This document shows, in pieces, positions 1-12,759 of a DNA stretch of 64,000 bases. Source of the stretch: Bacteroidota bacterium. Lineage in GTDB: Bacteria; Bacteroidota; Ignavibacteria; Kapaibacteriales; UBA2268. The stretch covers positions 33,841 to 97,840 of the forward strand of contig JAKIZO010000002.1 of assembly GCA_022707965.1 (NCBI GenBank), written 5' to 3'. Both the position numbers and the translations under genes were made by a program. Every line of letters starts with the position of its first letter. Position 1 is the stretch's first letter. Below the pieces are notes generated by a model, which searched no databases, had not been told where the DNA came from, and saw only the letters and a list, made by a program, of their open reading frames with translations.

Positions 1-564
1 AGTACTTATCAACCTTATCTGTCGCTTGCAGGAACAATAGAAATACCGGATTTGCAAGACTTCGAAGTTTCGGGGATTGAGCCCGCGGGATTGCTCGATG
101 GCAACGAAGCTTGTTTTTCGATGTGGAAAGCTTCGGAAGGTTCGATAGAATTCTCGCTTGGAACCGTGGACAAAGCAAATCTAATAAACAATTCGGGCGT
201 AGTTGCTCATTTAGTATTAGAGCCGAAGCAAGGGAATAAGCACTCACCTACTATTGCAATGAAAAATCTAAAAGGAATTTCGCCTTATGGGCATATTTTC
301 GAGCTTTCTGCATATACTTCTATAAGCGAAAAATCTGAAAATGAAGAAATATTCTTTGCAAACAACACGTTCTATTTGAGCAATTGCTTTGGGAAATACG
401 ACAATTTAGAAATTTACAATCTATTGGGCGAACTCATTTACAATGCGGATATTAGAAATGCGTCGGCAATTGAGCTTGCTTCGAAAGTGCCGATGAAAGG
501 ATTGTTTGTTGCCAAATTCAGCAATTCAAATCAATCAAAAATACAAAAGATAATTCTTGAATAA
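1..564 (+). CDS. Secreted protein, C-terminal part only (5' end outside the window), with a T9SS/Por C-terminal sorting domain
   Basis: Frame 1 is open from base 1 with no stop before 562-564. The C-terminus (..LEIYNLLGELIYNADIRNASAIELASKVPMKGLFVAKFSNSNQSKIQKIILE) has the typical Por_Secre_tail pattern. Confidence 0.6.
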   Translation, partial: STYQPYLSLAGTIEIPDLQDFEVSGIEPAGLLDGNEACFSMWKASEGSIEFSLGTVDKANLINNSGVVAHLVLEPKQGNKHSPTIAMKNLKGISPYGHIFELSAYTSISEKSENEEIFFANNTFYLSNCFGKYDNLEIYNLLGELIYNADIRNASAIELASKVPMKGLFVAKFSNSNQSKIQKIILE

Positions 565-565
565 A

Positions 566-991
566 TTATTCCGCGGGATATTTAAAATCAGTTACATACC
601 ACTGGCTATCAATTTTTGCCGCGACAAAGTTAATTTTCTCCAACCAGTTAAGTTCCAAACTAACAATTGAAATATCGTCTGCAACGGGATTGGCTTTATA
701 TTCGGTAATCTTTTTATTATGCAAAATTCGGCGGACGCGCGTAATATCAGTAATGCGCTCGTAACGTTGCTCGGCAAGGTATTTCGTTTTTTCGGGCGAA
801 GCAATAAGCGACATAGCACCAAAGACGTTGCTACTATCGAGTTCGGCTTTGAAAAGCATCACTACGCTTAGCGGCGAGCGTTGCGAGAGTTCCACTCGCT
901 GAGTGCGTTCCTTAGGCGGTGCTTTGATAACAATCAGCTCGCAGCTCGCAAGCAACAGCAAAAGCAGCAATATGTATGGTTTGCTTTTCAT
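566..991 (-). CDS. Hypothetical lipoprotein
   Basis: Signal peptide with lipobox (MKSKPYILLLLLLLASC). No recognisable catalytic motif. The start overlaps the upstream gene stop by 4 nt. Confidence 0.6.
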   Translation of the reverse strand: MKSKPYILLLLLLLASCELIVIKAPPKERTQRVELSQRSPLSVVMLFKAELDSSNVFGAMSLIASPEKTKYLAEQRYERITDITRVRRILHNKKITEYKANPVADDISIVSLELNWLEKINFVAAKIDSQWYVTDFKYPAE

Positions 992-1827
992 TTTTCTTTA
1001 ATGAAATTAACTACTTCAACAACAAGCATTTCAAGCACCTGGTTTGATTGGTCGAACGGGTGAGACGAGTTGAACCCGTGTCCCGCACGGTCGAGCAGCA
1101 GGAAGCGAAGTTGCTCCTTGTTCTTCACGTTATGGGCAAGTTCGTATGCTTCTTTCGGCGAAACAGTTAAATCCTGCTTGCCGTGAACAATCAAAATTGG
1201 TTGCGTAACTCTGGAAATTGCTTTTGGCAAATCGAATTTATCAGCATTTAGCAAAATATCTTCAAGATAAGAGTAATTAATTCGCAATTTTTGTTGAGAA
1301 TGAACTAATTTGAATTCAACGTAGCCATTTCGCCGCCATAGGTCTTTCTGACGGTCGGAATATCGGTCGAAAGTCGCGATGGGCGATAGCAGAACAAGTT
1401 TTTTTATACGTGGGGAGAAATTTGCCGCAAGAATTGCAATGGCGGCACCACGCGAATGCCCGCAAAGAACAATTTCGCCGTCCCAGCTGTGATAATCTAT
1501 CGGAATTTGCTTGTTTTCGAGAGCCGAAAGAAAATCCTGAACATCTTGCAATTCTTGCGAAACGGTATTTTGGGCAAAGAGTTCGGGAATGTAAATCAAG
1601 CGTTCGCCATCGGCAACCGCCGAAAGCGAGAAATCAAAGCGAGCAGCGATGAAGTCGTTTTCAGCTACTTTTTCGCAAAGATATGGGTAAAATCCCCAGT
1701 TGCGAAACGCTTTGAACCCGTGGAGAAACAAAAACAGCGTTTTTTTTGTTCTATTGGAATTATCAACAATTTCTAAATTTATATCACGCCCGCAACTATT
1801 TTTGAACGAGCTTACAATAGTGCTCAT
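988..1827 (-). CDS. Alpha/beta-fold serine hydrolase
   Basis: HG oxyanion motif (LFLHGFKAF), nucleophile elbow GHSRGA, and distal D/H region (GKQDL.., AGHGF). Confidence 0.75.
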   Translation of the reverse strand: MSTIVSSFKNSCGRDINLEIVDNSNRTKKTLFLFLHGFKAFRNWGFYPYLCEKVAENDFIAARFDFSLSAVADGERLIYIPELFAQNTVSQELQDVQDFLSALENKQIPIDYHSWDGEIVLCGHSRGAAIAILAANFSPRIKKLVLLSPIATFDRYSDRQKDLWRRNGYVEFKLVHSQQKLRINYSYLEDILLNADKFDLPKAISRVTQPILIVHGKQDLTVSPKEAYELAHNVKNKEQLRFLLLDRAGHGFNSSHPFDQSNQVLEMLVVEVVNFIKEK

Positions 1828-1828
1828 T

Positions 1829-2761
1829 TTAACTAACAGTTGTTAATAATCTATTCCAGCGAATATTCTTAATTTTGTCAATTAAACCATAGGGACGGTC
1901 GAAAGCATCTTTAATTTCCCAGGACCAGTAGATAATAAGCGGTTTCCCAAGCACATTGTCGTAAGGAATAAAACCCCAATAGCGGCTATCGAGACTGAAA
2001 TCGCGGTTGTCGCCAATTCCGAAGCAATAGTCGCGTTGAACAATGTATTTATCCGTTGGCTTGCCGTTGATAATAATTTGGTTGCCCTCGACTTTCAAAT
2101 CGTTTCCTTCGCGTTTGATGAAAATATCCCACTCATCTAAGTTGTCGAGCGAGAGATTAATTACATCTCCTTTCTTTGGGATACGAATTGGTCCGTAGTT
2201 ATCGTGTGTCCAGTTGCGACCTTTGGGGAAGGTGCGAAGTGTTTCCATCGGGTCGCGGAGTGGATTGCTGCTGACAACTGCATTAGGCGGTAGTTTCTGC
2301 TCAACACCATTGACGTAAAGCACATTGTTGATGATTTGCAGAGTATCGCCGGCAGTTGCAACGCATCGCTTCAAGTAATACTGAAATTCTGAGGCTTCTA
2401 CTTCATCGCGGTAGCCGGGGAAAATGAACACAATAACGTCGTTCTTCTCGGGTTTTCGCAGCCCGGGGAATTTATAGAAAGGCAAAGGTATATTCACAAA
2501 CGGGATAATCTGAGGCGTAGATGGTCCGAAAATCAATTTATTGACGAAGAGGAAATCGCCCGTAAGAACGGTTCTCTCCATCGAGCCCGTCGGCACAACA
2601 AACGAAGCAATAAGCAGCCCGTTGATAATCATCACAAAGATAATTGCACCGACGATTGTTTTAATCCACGAAACGACGTGTTCGGCGAACGTCTGTGGCT
2701 TCTTTTTATTTGCTTTGTAGTCTTTGTATCGACGATAAGCAGAAACAATGAATTTTTTCAT
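1829..2761 (-). CDS. lepB: Signal peptidase I
   Basis: N-terminal TM segment, catalytic Ser box (PTGSMERTV) and GDNRDFSLDSRYWGFIP box. Lies immediately downstream of lepA, the conserved lepA-lepB arrangement. Confidence 0.9.
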   Translation of the reverse strand: MKKFIVSAYRRYKDYKANKKKPQTFAEHVVSWIKTIVGAIIFVMIINGLLIASFVVPTGSMERTVLTGDFLFVNKLIFGPSTPQIIPFVNIPLPFYKFPGLRKPEKNDVIVFIFPGYRDEVEASEFQYYLKRCVATAGDTLQIINNVLYVNGVEQKLPPNAVVSSNPLRDPMETLRTFPKGRNWTHDNYGPIRIPKKGDVINLSLDNLDEWDIFIKREGNDLKVEGNQIIINGKPTDKYIVQRDYCFGIGDNRDFSLDSRYWGFIPYDNVLGKPLIIYWSWEIKDAFDRPYGLIDKIKNIRWNRLLTTVS

Positions 2762-2777
2762 AATTTATTCCAATTAA

Positions 2778-4583
2778 TTAATCTTTATCAATACTAAGAA
2801 CAGCAAGGAACGCTTCTTGCGGAATTTCGACATTCCCTACCTGTTTCATACGTTTTTTGCCTTCCTTTTGTTTCTCTAAAAGTTTGCGTTTACGGGAAAT
2901 ATCGCCACCATAACACTTTGCGAGAACGTTTTTGCGAAGTGCTTTGACATTGGTTCGAGCGATAACTTTCGAGCCGATAGCCGCCTGAATAGCAACTTCG
3001 AACATCTGGCTAGGGATAAGGTCTTTGAGCTTAGTGCAAAGCTTTTTGCCCCATTCGTAAGCTTTGGAGCGGTGAACAATTGAGGAAAGTGCATCGACTT
3101 GGTCGCCATTAATCAAAATATCCAATTTTACAAGGTCGCCGGGCTTATAGTCATTGAATTCATAATCGAGCGAAGCATATCCGCGAGAAGTAGATTTCAA
3201 TTTATCGTAGAAATCGAAAACAACTTCGGCAAGCGGCAATTCCCAGCTCATATCCACGCGGTCGGCAGATAGATAGTGAGTATTGATTAGGGTGCCGCGT
3301 CTATCCATACATAGCTTCATAATATTGCCGATATACTCGCTTGGAGTAATGATTTGGGCTTTGATGTAAGGTTCCTGAATTTCCTCAATTTCGACGGGGC
3401 TTGGCAATTGAGCGGGATTTTCAATAAAAATTTCCTCGCCATTGGTTTTGATAACTTTATAGCGAACGTTTGGAACAGTTGTAACGATATTCTGATTGAA
3501 TTCGCGTTCAAGGCGTTCCTGAACAATTTCCATATGCAGAAGCCCAAGAAAACCGCAACGGAAGCCAAATCCCAGAGCGCTTGAAGTTTCGGGTTCGTAA
3601 TGAATAGCCGAATCGTTAAGCGAAAGTTTTGCCAGCGCTTCGCGTAAATCCTCGAAGTCGTCGGAATCAGCAGGATAGATGCCGCTGAACACCATCGGCT
3701 TGACATTTTTGAAGCCGGCAATAGGTTCAGTGCAACGATTTTTGAAAAGTGTAACTGTGTCGCCAACTTTTGTATCGTGCAAATCGCGAACATTAGCGAT
3801 GAAATAGCCGACATTACCGGCGGAAAGTTCGCCTGTGCGGTTTCGTTTCATATAGAGAATGCCTACTTCTTCAACGTCGTAGGTCATATCGGTTGCCATA
3901 AAATAGATTTTGTCGTTTTCACGAAGCACACCATCGAAAACGCGGATATAGACAATCACGCCGCGATAGGAATCGAAGACAGAATCGAAAATCAAAGCGC
4001 GAAGCGGTGCCGATGGGTCGCCTTTCGGCGGAGGAATGCGCTCGACGATTGCTTCGAGAATTTCGTCAATTCCGATGGATTTTTTTGCCGAGGCAAGCAA
4101 AATTTCTTCTTCTTTGCAGCCGATAAGATCAATAATTTGCTGCTTAACTTTGTCGATTGTGGTTTCGGCGCTCGGAAGGTCAATTTTATTAATAACGGGA
4201 ATAATTTCCAGATTATGTTCGATAGCAAGGTAGAGATTGCTGATAGTTTGTGCTTCGATGCCCTGGGTGGCATCGACAACCAAAATAGCACCTTCGCAAG
4301 CGGCGAGCGAGCGGGAGACTTCGTAGGAAAAGTCGACGTGTCCGGGAGTATCAATCAGGTTTAGAGTGTATTGCTTGCCGTTGCGAGCAGTGTAGTCCAT
4401 TTGAATAGCGTGAAGTTTGATGGTAATGCCGCGTTCTTGTTCGAGCGGGTTGTCGTCGAGAATCTGGTTGGTAACCATCTCACGCTCGGTAACTCTGCCG
4501 GTCCGCATCAGAAGGCAATCGGCAAGAGTAGATTTTCCGTGGTCTATATGAGCAATAATACAAAAGTTGCGAAAATTTTCCAT
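2778..4583 (-). CDS. lepA: Translation elongation factor 4 (LepA)
   Basis: [23 protein letters not shown]1 motif, [13 protein letters not shown], and the LepA-specific C-terminal domain. 601 aa. Confidence 0.95.
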   Translation of the reverse strand: MENFRNFCIIAHIDHGKSTLADCLLMRTGRVTEREMVTNQILDDNPLEQERGITIKLHAIQMDYTARNGKQYTLNLIDTPGHVDFSYEVSRSLAACEGAILVVDATQGIEAQTISNLYLAIEHNLEIIPVINKIDLPSAETTIDKVKQQIIDLIGCKEEEILLASAKKSIGIDEILEAIVERIPPPKGDPSAPLRALIFDSVFDSYRGVIVYIRVFDGVLRENDKIYFMATDMTYDVEEVGILYMKRNRTGELSAGNVGYFIANVRDLHDTKVGDTVTLFKNRCTEPIAGFKNVKPMVFSGIYPADSDDFEDLREALAKLSLNDSAIHYEPETSSALGFGFRCGFLGLLHMEIVQERLEREFNQNIVTTVPNVRYKVIKTNGEEIFIENPAQLPSPVEIEEIQEPYIKAQIITPSEYIGNIMKLCMDRRGTLINTHYLSADRVDMSWELPLAEVVFDFYDKLKSTSRGYASLDYEFNDYKPGDLVKLDILINGDQVDALSSIVHRSKAYEWGKKLCTKLKDLIPSQMFEVAIQAAIGSKVIARTNVKALRKNVLAKCYGGDISRKRKLLEKQKEGKKRMKQVGNVEIPQEAFLAVLSIDKD

Positions 4584-4613
4584 TTTTCAAATTTTAGCCA
4601 AAATTACAAGCTA

Positions 4614-4621
4614 CAAATATA
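4614..4621 (-). promoter_or_regulatory. Candidate Bacteroidota-type -7 promoter element (TAnnTTTG) for lepA
   Basis: The minus strand reads TATATTTG, 30 nt upstream of the lepA ATG. Confidence 0.35.
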
Positions 4622-4692
4622 CTAAATTAACTTGTGAAATAATAATTAATTAGAATAAACTGCTATAAGCCAGGGAAGGTATATTAATCAAC

Positions 4693-4812
4693 GGTAGCAC
4701 AGACATTCCTGTCTGTGGTTTCTAACAGTGCGAAAAAGGTTTGTTTTATTCAATCTTGGTTATATATTTCAAGGCTTAGAACCTTCCGAAGGGCGGGAAC
4801 CTTCGGAAGGCT
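4693..4812. repeat. Composite intergenic repeat: module A (4693-4717), linker, inverted pair of module B (4774-4812)
   Basis: GGTAGCACAGACATTCCTGTCTGTG, then ..TTATTCAATCTTGGTTATATATTTCAAG, then GCTTAGAACCTTCCGAAGGGCGGGAACCTTCGGAAGGCT. Lies just 3' of the gene ending at 4822. Confidence 0.85.
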
Positions 4813-4821
4813 ACGAACACC

Positions 4822-7323
4822 TTATTCTTCTTTCCATTTCTCGACAAGATTGGCGTATTTGTTGCATAGCGAGACGGCGGTTTCGTAGTCGTCCGCTTCT
4901 CCGTAAACAGTGAATATAGGGCGTTCCTTCGATGGTAGCAAAAGTGCGCAGGTATTGCCATCGAACACCTTCACACCCTCGACCAATTGCCGTTGCATAC
5001 CTTCCGAGTGTTCCATTGCGTGTCTCATCACAGTGCCTTTGGCATTCCACGGAACGCTAACATCTCTGCTATAAACAAAGCGATGCGGTAATTTTTCGTC
5101 GAGAGTGGAAATCTTGCAATTAGTTTGTGCGAGCATTTCAAGTATTTTGCCGAGCGAATACATTCCGTCGGATGCAAATAGAAAATCGCGGAAAATAAAT
5201 CCACCCCAAACTCCACCAACAAACAAAACAGCGTCGTCGAGCGTTGCGTCCATCATCGCAGAGTGAGAATTCTTGATGCGGACAACCTCAACGTTGTAAT
5301 CCTTCGCAATTTGTTCGATTTCTTGCGACGCAACAATAGAAACCGCAATTTTGTATGGCTCGCGATGGCGGTTTGTCTCCAAAAAGAGCTTCGTTACAAT
5401 CGACAGCAAACGCATTGGATGATACCAGGTGCCTCTTTCGTCGATTATAGAGATTTTTTCAGCGCCCGATTCTATTCTAAATCCGAGTTCGTAACCAAGC
5501 GAACGCATAATTTTGCCCGTTTCGTCGGTTGTCGAATGCTGCGAAAGCGGGTCGGGATGGAACATTGTCGAATCAACATAGTTGTTCAGCGAAATTGCCT
5601 CCACACGCAACTTACCCAACAAGCTTGGTAGAATAGTCGAGGCAAGTCCGTATGAATAATCGACAAGCAATTTATATTTGCGATTTTGGATTAATTCTAC
5701 ATCAAGCGAATCAAGAAAACGATTTATGTAGATTTCATTAGTCCTTTCGGGATAAGAGATTTTGCCAATTTGGGAATAATGAACGCGTTTGATGTCCTCG
5801 CCGAAGAAGAAACGCTCGATTTTTTTCGCCATATTGATAGAAATATCCCTGCCATCTTTGTTGAAGATGATGATATCGGTCTGGTCGGGGTCGCGTGGGG
5901 AACGCCTAACGTGAAGCCCGCCATCGTAGCGACCGGTACGCAATTCCTGACGAGTTTGCGGAATAGAAGTAGTTTGCAAGTCGCTAATGTTAACGCCGAC
6001 TGAGGCAAGCCCGGCAGTAATCGAACGCTTCATAATGCGCGAAATGTTCGATGGGTCGCGCGAAGCAAGCAGTAGCGCCTTCGCTCCGAAAGCAAGTCCC
6101 AGCGCCGCACCTAATTTTGTGCCGAAATCGGGGTGTATTTCAATATTCGATATACCGGAAATTCGTGCATCTGTAAATATTTCGCGTTGCCATTTTTCTT
6201 CCTGAATTAACGAGAACGAAACCGAAGCACCTTCCTCAACTTGTTTGTCGGGCCACAATTTTATGTTCGATTTTAAGATTGCATTGTCCCCGATTTTGCA
6301 ATTGTCGGAAATGAAAACATTTTCGCCGACGACAACAGAATTGCCAATTTCGACGTTATTGCAGACCACATCATCGGTCATTTTGACGAAATCGCCGAGC
6401 TTGCAATTATTCCAGAGCGTTGCCCTGATTAATTTAACACCGTTGCCAATTACGCAGTTGTCCCCGATGGTGCAGTCGATAAGTTCGGAATATTTGCCGA
6501 TTGTAACATTGTTGCCGACAAGCACTTTACCCCCAAATTTAGCAGTCGGGGCAATATTGCAGTTGTTGCCGCGTGTCAGGTTGCCTTGCTCGGTGCCTTT
6601 TTTCTCAACTTTTATCACGCCCGTAAGAGCGTCGTATTGCCCGATAATGTATTCATCAAGATTGCCGACATCGCGCCAGTATCCATCGGCAATATAGCCA
6701 TAGAGCGGCATTCCGAGTTCGAGCATTTTGGGGAACAAATCTTTGCTAAAATCGAATTCTTCGCGATACGGTATCATATCGAGCACTTCGGGTTCTAAAA
6801 TGTAGATGCCTGTATTGATAGTATCAGAGAACACCTGTCCCCAGGAAGGCTTTTCCAAAAATCGGGTGATTTTGCCATCGTCGTCTGTCATAACAATACC
6901 GTATTGAAGTGGTGTATCGACGCGAGTAAGCAAAATAGTTGCTTTTGCGTTCTTGCTTTTGTGAAATTCAATTGCCTTAGTCAAATCATAATCGGTAAGC
7001 ACATCACCACTGATAATAATAAAACGCTCGTCGAGAAATTCGTAAGCGTTTTTTACACTTCCGGCTGTTCCATAGTCAGCTGCTGCTTGAACATAATCCA
7101 TATCAACATCGAAGCGACTGCCATCCTCGAAGTAACTTGTGATTTTCTCTGGCTGGAAGTAAAGCAACGAAACGATTTTATTAATGCCGTGCTTTTTAAG
7201 TAGATTAACTATATGTTCCATCATTGGGATATTAACAATTGGCACCATTGGCTTTGGAATGTTCATTGTAAGCGGGCGTAGTCTTGTGCCAAAACCACCT
7301 GCCATAATGACTGCTTTTTTCAT
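4822..7323 (-). CDS. Fused sugar-1-phosphate nucleotidyltransferase (with left-handed beta-helix) and phosphohexomutase (PMM/PGM-like)
   Basis: N-terminus MKKAVIMAGGFGTRLRPLT (NTP-transferase G-rich loop), hexapeptide-repeat region (VIGNGVKL.. VEIGNSVVVGENV), and a C-terminal half with PGM/PMM-like domains. 833 aa. Confidence 0.75.
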   Translation of the reverse strand: MKKAVIMAGGFGTRLRPLTMNIPKPMVPIVNIPMMEHIVNLLKKHGINKIVSLLYFQPEKITSYFEDGSRFDVDMDYVQAAADYGTAGSVKNAYEFLDERFIIISGDVLTDYDLTKAIEFHKSKNAKATILLTRVDTPLQYGIVMTDDDGKITRFLEKPSWGQVFSDTINTGIYILEPEVLDMIPYREEFDFSKDLFPKMLELGMPLYGYIADGYWRDVGNLDEYIIGQYDALTGVIKVEKKGTEQGNLTRGNNCNIAPTAKFGGKVLVGNNVTIGKYSELIDCTIGDNCVIGNGVKLIRATLWNNCKLGDFVKMTDDVVCNNVEIGNSVVVGENVFISDNCKIGDNAILKSNIKLWPDKQVEEGASVSFSLIQEEKWQREIFTDARISGISNIEIHPDFGTKLGAALGLAFGAKALLLASRDPSNISRIMKRSITAGLASVGVNISDLQTTSIPQTRQELRTGRYDGGLHVRRSPRDPDQTDIIIFNKDGRDISINMAKKIERFFFGEDIKRVHYSQIGKISYPERTNEIYINRFLDSLDVELIQNRKYKLLVDYSYGLASTILPSLLGKLRVEAISLNNYVDSTMFHPDPLSQHSTTDETGKIMRSLGYELGFRIESGAEKISIIDERGTWYHPMRLLSIVTKLFLETNRHREPYKIAVSIVASQEIEQIAKDYNVEVVRIKNSHSAMMDATLDDAVLFVGGVWGGFIFRDFLFASDGMYSLGKILEMLAQTNCKISTLDEKLPHRFVYSRDVSVPWNAKGTVMRHAMEHSEGMQRQLVEGVKVFDGNTCALLLPSKERPIFTVYGEADDYETAVSLCNKYANLVEKWKEE

Positions 7324-7483
7324 AAAGACCTCTCGACTAATTTATTGAGTTTGCTTGCGTGCGTTTAATTAGGACGTTTCAAAAAACGCTTTTATTTGTA
7401 AATATATTTAACATTCGGATAAAAATCAAATAATTTTTTGGTTTATGTTTCTATATTAAATAATTAATAATTATTTGATTTAT

Positions 7484-10400
7484 ATGAAAAGGTTTTTATC
7501 GATTATAATATTCTTACTTGCAACAGCGAACTTGCTGCCGTTTGGTTACTGGGAAAAGGTGAATTTGCCGGCGCCATACAATACAAACTATTGGCTTGAT
7601 ATATATTTCCATCCATATAATCCGCAATACGGCTGGGCTTGTGGCTTTAATGGTATGGTTGTGCGGACAACAGACGGTGGCGCAACCTGGCGGGGCTCGA
7701 TTGTTCAAGGTGCGTATCATCTCGAACATATTCACTTCCCAACCTTGCAAATTGGCTACACCTCGGGTGTGGAAGGCATTTTCAAGACTTACGATGGCGG
7801 GGCGACCTGGTATGATATCACACCTGACCAACTCCAATCGTATTGGGGCTGCTATTTTCTCAATGCCGATACAGGCTGGGTTGTGGGCGGCGGCTGTGCC
7901 GATGATGTTCAGCGTTTCTACCGCACTACCAATGGCGGGGCGACCTGGACGCTTTTCCTTGCAAACGAGCCAAATTCAGGTATGACCGACCTCATTGTTT
8001 ATCCCGATGGGAACGGCTATGCCGCAAGTAGTGGCGTTATCTGGAAAACAACTAATATGGGCGAAAGTTGGTTCGTGCATTCCTATACGGGGTCGAAAGT
8101 GTGGCACGAAGAAATAACCCATCAGGGTAATTCATTTTTTGTGCCGGCGGCAGGCACTACTTGCTCGGGTTCGGGGAACGTAGGCGGAATACTATTCTCC
8201 ACCAACTATGGCACTTCGTGGAATAGAACAATTGTCCGTGCACCGCTATTTGGCACTTTTCTTACTTCGGCAACTACGGGCTGGGCGTGTGGATACGACC
8301 GTCAGGTGTACTACACAAGCAATGGCGGGCTCTCCTGGGCTGAATACAATTGCGGTATCGACGAAGGCAATCTTGATGACATCTGGTTCATCACTCCAAC
8401 TAACGGCTGGGTTGTGGGCGAAGGCATATACAAACTTTCTCCACCTTCGGCGTCTGCCAATCCGCAAAGTGTTTCATTCGGGAATGTTTGCGTGGGGCAC
8501 TTCCCGCTCGATACTGTCTGGGTTAAGAACCTATCTTTTTATCCGTCAGTTGCTCAATTTTACATCACCGGACTTAATTCCAACGATTTTGAGATAATCT
8601 CGCCATTCTCGACGGAAGAAAACCTCGCTTCTTGCCAGAGTTTTCCGATTATCATTCAATTCAAACCAGGTTCCTTAGGTATGAAATACGCTCAGCTAAA
8701 TATACAACTCAACGGCAAAATTATTATCGTTCCGCTCGAAGGCAACTCCGTCCACTCCGAATTGCAGGCAGATAAATACGAAATCGTGCTCAATCCAATC
8801 GCTTGTGGATTTCCGACTGTTGCGACTTTCTACTGGACGAGCACCACTATCGACACATTAGAACGAATTCAGCAAATTTCCGGTAGTCCCGCAATTCAAG
8901 TGGCAACTAATTTACCCATCAGATTATCCGAAATTCCTGTTGCTACCAATTTTTCGATTAATCCGCCTGACACGGGCTGGTATAATGCTACTTTCGAGGT
9001 TAGAACTAAACTTTGCGACAATGTAAAGTTCGTAACTATTCGTGCCTATGCAGTTTCGCCAATATTAAATGCACCACGGGAACTTGTGAGGTCTATCGAT
9101 TGTGCCACAAGCGCGGAATTTCGAATACCGATTGAAAACACAGGCAACGCAAACCTGATTATTTCGAGCATTAATTTTACTGCTGCGAACCCATCATTTT
9201 CAATAATAGGATTTGCAAGCGGACAACCTATTCCCGCAACAATTGAAATTGGGCAAAGCGACACCTTGATTGTCGCTAACGATGCAACTGCGGGCGGGGG
9301 CAATACAGCACGCCTTGAAATCCTGAACAACGACGGGACAAGTGTTTTCGGGCAGAAAAACCCGTATTACATAGATTTGCGGGCAAATTTCAATTCACCT
9401 TTGATTTCGCCGAGCTTTGTTACAATTGATTTGGATACAGTTTGCGTTGGTGCAACGCTGCAAAAATCAGTTACATTGAATAATCTTGGAAACTTGTCGG
9501 CACTGATGGAAGGCGTATTCCTCGACGGTCAAATTGTTTCTATTTCGGCTGAAACGCAGGAAATTCCGGCATCGCAGCAGAAAAATTATGTGCTTGATGT
9601 TACAATCAGGCAGAAAGGCAACTTCGCCGACACAATCGCGATTGGATACGAACCTTGCGATAGAGAAATCTCTCTTATAGTTAGAGGTTTTGCCGTTGAA
9701 AGTCGGCTCGAAGCATTTCCGAACGAAATTCGCCTTGCAAGTATGGTCGGAACTCAATCTGAAAGTAGTATTTCGGTTAAATCACTCTCGAACATTCCAC
9801 AAAAAATCAGCAAAATTGAGATTATACCACCCGACTTGCCCGTTGAAATTGAATTTGCACATAGCCTTCCCCTGTTCATTCAGGAAAATGAGGAAATTTC
9901 GCTTCCGCTCACAATTCGTTCGGATATTGAAGGGAAATGGAACTTCACTATTTGCCTTGCGACCGAAGGCGTTTGCCCAACGGATATTTGCGTGCCGGTT
10001 GAATTTGTGTCCTTCCTCAATTTTATTTCTGCAGACGCAGACACTTTGAATTTTGGGATAATGACTTGCAACCCAAAAGAAGAACGCTTGCAAATTTCCC
10101 TGAAAAACGAAGCCGCTGTAATAGATACAATTTCATCTATATCGCTTGCCAACGCCGATAGCCCTTTCAATATTATTTTGCCGCCTGCTCTACCTATTCT
10201 ATTGGCACCGAACCAAACTTTGCGGTTGACCGTTAGATTTTTCCCCGCATCGGAAGGGCGATTTGAGAATGTGCTTGTTGTCCGGACGCAAGGGATTAAT
10301 CCGCAAACAATCGAAATACCGATTATTGCTGAATTTCGTAAAAGCATTCTGGCAACTAACCGTGCATTTATCGACTACGGAAAGGTCGAAAAGTGCTTCT

Positions 10401-11668
10401 CGAATATAGCGGACACACTTCTTGTTACAAATTACGGATTGCTGCAAGATACAGTAATTATTTCGCCGCCCACTTCGAACATCGTAAAAATACTTTCCCC
10501 GAACGAAATTCCAATTTTTGGGAACTCAACGGCAGCTATTCCGATAGAGATCGATATTTCGGCTATGCCAACAGCAGGCTTCTATTCGTCGAGCATAACA
10601 ATTCGTAGCAAAGCCTGCAATACTTCGTTCGACATAAACATTGTTTGCAGATTAATCGAACCGAACCTGTCGGTTGCCCCGTCGGTGCTTGATTTTGCGT
10701 CGGTATGGATGGGCGAACGCAAAACGCTATCCTTTGTAGTTGCGAACAATTCGGAAGAACCGATACACTTTCGAATTATTGGCACAACTCCCGAAAGCGA
10801 CGAGTTTAAATTTGACACTGCAACCTACAAATTAGAGCCAGGTCATCGAACAAGCAGCGAAGTTTCGTTCACTGCAAAAACAGTTGGCAATAAATCTGCA
10901 AGTTTGCTAATTGAGAAAATCACGAATTGCCTGGACACTTTGAGCATCGATTTGATTGCAGACGTTCCGCCCGAAGAGTATTTCCCTGTGCTAATTATTG
11001 ACGATTACGTAGCAAAGCCGGGCGATACTCTCAATATTTTTGTTCGGCTCGATACCGCACTTCCGAAATTGCGACCCGAAAAAGTCAGGTTTGCAATTAC
11101 TCTATCTCGGCTATTGTTCGAACCGCTCACACTCACAGCAGTCTACGACGCATATCAGAATTTAAACTTTGAGTTTAAACGCGACGTGCTTCGCTTCGAA
11201 GCAGGTTCGGCACAGGAAATTTTCCAGAAGGCAGGTGCTTTGTTCGAAATCAAAGGTATTGCGTTGCTATCGACACCGACCGAGACACCAATCAAGTTCG
11301 AGCAAGTTGAAATAGTGTCCGATAAGCAGGCAAATCCCTTGAAGAAGGACGGTTCGCTCTCGATTGCAGGATATTGCAATGCCCGCAATTTCACTATAAT
11401 TCAGTATTTGCCGCACATTAAGAACATTGTTATGAACGCAACAAATGAAAATTTAGAGGTAGATTATGAGCATTTTGGCGAGCAGACGGCGGAAATTGCG
11501 ATAATTTCGGCAATTGGCGAGAAAATAGCAGTCGAGAAATTTATGCTACGAAATGGAGCAAATTCGCACACTGTAAATTTATCGTATGTTCGCAGCGGTG
11601 TGTATTTTGTGGTGCTTCGGACGCAATCAAATGAAGTAATTAATAAAAAAATATTAATCATTCGTTAA
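7484..11668 (+). CDS. Very large secreted protein: N-terminal BNR/Ycf48-like beta-propeller repeats, many Ig-like repeat modules, and a T9SS C-terminal sorting domain
   Basis: Signal peptide. Repeated xTxDGGxTW motifs ([44 protein letters not shown]). Long series of roughly 100-aa beta-rich modules with recurring F/G..C motifs. C-terminus [26 protein letters not shown] at 7484 preferred over TTG at 7475. Confidence 0.75.
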   Translation: MKRFLSIIIFLLATANLLPFGYWEKVNLPAPYNTNYWLDIYFHPYNPQYGWACGFNGMVVRTTDGGATWRGSIVQGAYHLEHIHFPTLQIGYTSGVEGIFKTYDGGATWYDITPDQLQSYWGCYFLNADTGWVVGGGCADDVQRFYRTTNGGATWTLFLANEPNSGMTDLIVYPDGNGYAASSGVIWKTTNMGESWFVHSYTGSKVWHEEITHQGNSFFVPAAGTTCSGSGNVGGILFSTNYGTSWNRTIVRAPLFGTFLTSATTGWACGYDRQVYYTSNGGLSWAEYNCGIDEGNLDDIWFITPTNGWVVGEGIYKLSPPSASANPQSVSFGNVCVGHFPLDTVWVKNLSFYPSVAQFYITGLNSNDFEIISPFSTEENLASCQSFPIIIQFKPGSLGMKYAQLNIQLNGKIIIVPLEGNSVHSELQADKYEIVLNPIACGFPTVATFYWTSTTIDTLERIQQISGSPAIQVATNLPIRLSEIPVATNFSINPPDTGWYNATFEVRTKLCDNVKFVTIRAYAVSPILNAPRELVRSIDCATSAEFRIPIENTGNANLIISSINFTAANPSFSIIGFASGQPIPATIEIGQSDTLIVANDATAGGGNTARLEILNNDGTSVFGQKNPYYIDLRANFNSPLISPSFVTIDLDTVCVGATLQKSVTLNNLGNLSALMEGVFLDGQIVSISAETQEIPASQQKNYVLDVTIRQKGNFADTIAIGYEPCDREISLIVRGFAVESRLEAFPNEIRLASMVGTQSESSISVKSLSNIPQKISKIEIIPPDLPVEIEFAHSLPLFIQENEEISLPLTIRSDIEGKWNFTICLATEGVCPTDICVPVEFVSFLNFISADADTLNFGIMTCNPKEERLQISLKNEAAVIDTISSISLANADSPFNIILPPALPILLAPNQTLRLTVRFFPASEGRFENVLVVRTQGINPQTIEIPIIAEFRKSILATNRAFIDYGKVEKCFSNIADTLLVTNYGLLQDTVIISPPTSNIVKILSPNEIPIFGNSTAAIPIEIDISAMPTAGFYSSSITIRSKACNTSFDINIVCRLIEPNLSVAPSVLDFASVWMGERKTLSFVVANNSEEPIHFRIIGTTPESDEFKFDTATYKLEPGHRTSSEVSFTAKTVGNKSASLLIEKITNCLDTLSIDLIADVPPEEYFPVLIIDDYVAKPGDTLNIFVRLDTALPKLRPEKVRFAITLSRLLFEPLTLTAVYDAYQNLNFEFKRDVLRFEAGSAQEIFQKAGALFEIKGIALLSTPTETPIKFEQVEIVSDKQANPLKKDGSLSIAGYCNARNFTIIQYLPHIKNIVMNATNENLEVDYEHFGEQTAEIAIISAIGEKIAVEKFMLRNGANSHTVNLSYVRSGVYFVVLRTQSNEVINKKILIIR

Positions 11669-11743
11669 TGAAATTTTATCTTAATTTTGAAAATATTAAG
11701 AAATTATTGCGTCTATTAGAGAACTAATAATGTGTTTAAATAA

Positions 11744-12754
<1,011 letters not shown>

Positions 12755-12759
12755 ATAGT

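Noticed and set aside
3777-4364. 195-aa ORF on the plus strand
   Set aside because: Antisense shadow ORF within lepA.
4693-4717. Module A (GGTAGCACAGAC..) as a tRNA fragment or tRNA-derived element
   Set aside because: It forms only a single 8-bp hairpin with a 4-nt loop. There is no cloverleaf and no T-arm GTTC or acceptor complementarity.
4728-4913. 61-aa ORF containing ..LEPSEGREPSEGYE..
   Set aside because: The PSEG peptide repeat is just the translation of the CCTTCGGAAGG repeat module. The rest of the ORF runs antisense into the 3' end of the 4822-7323 gene. There is no RBS.
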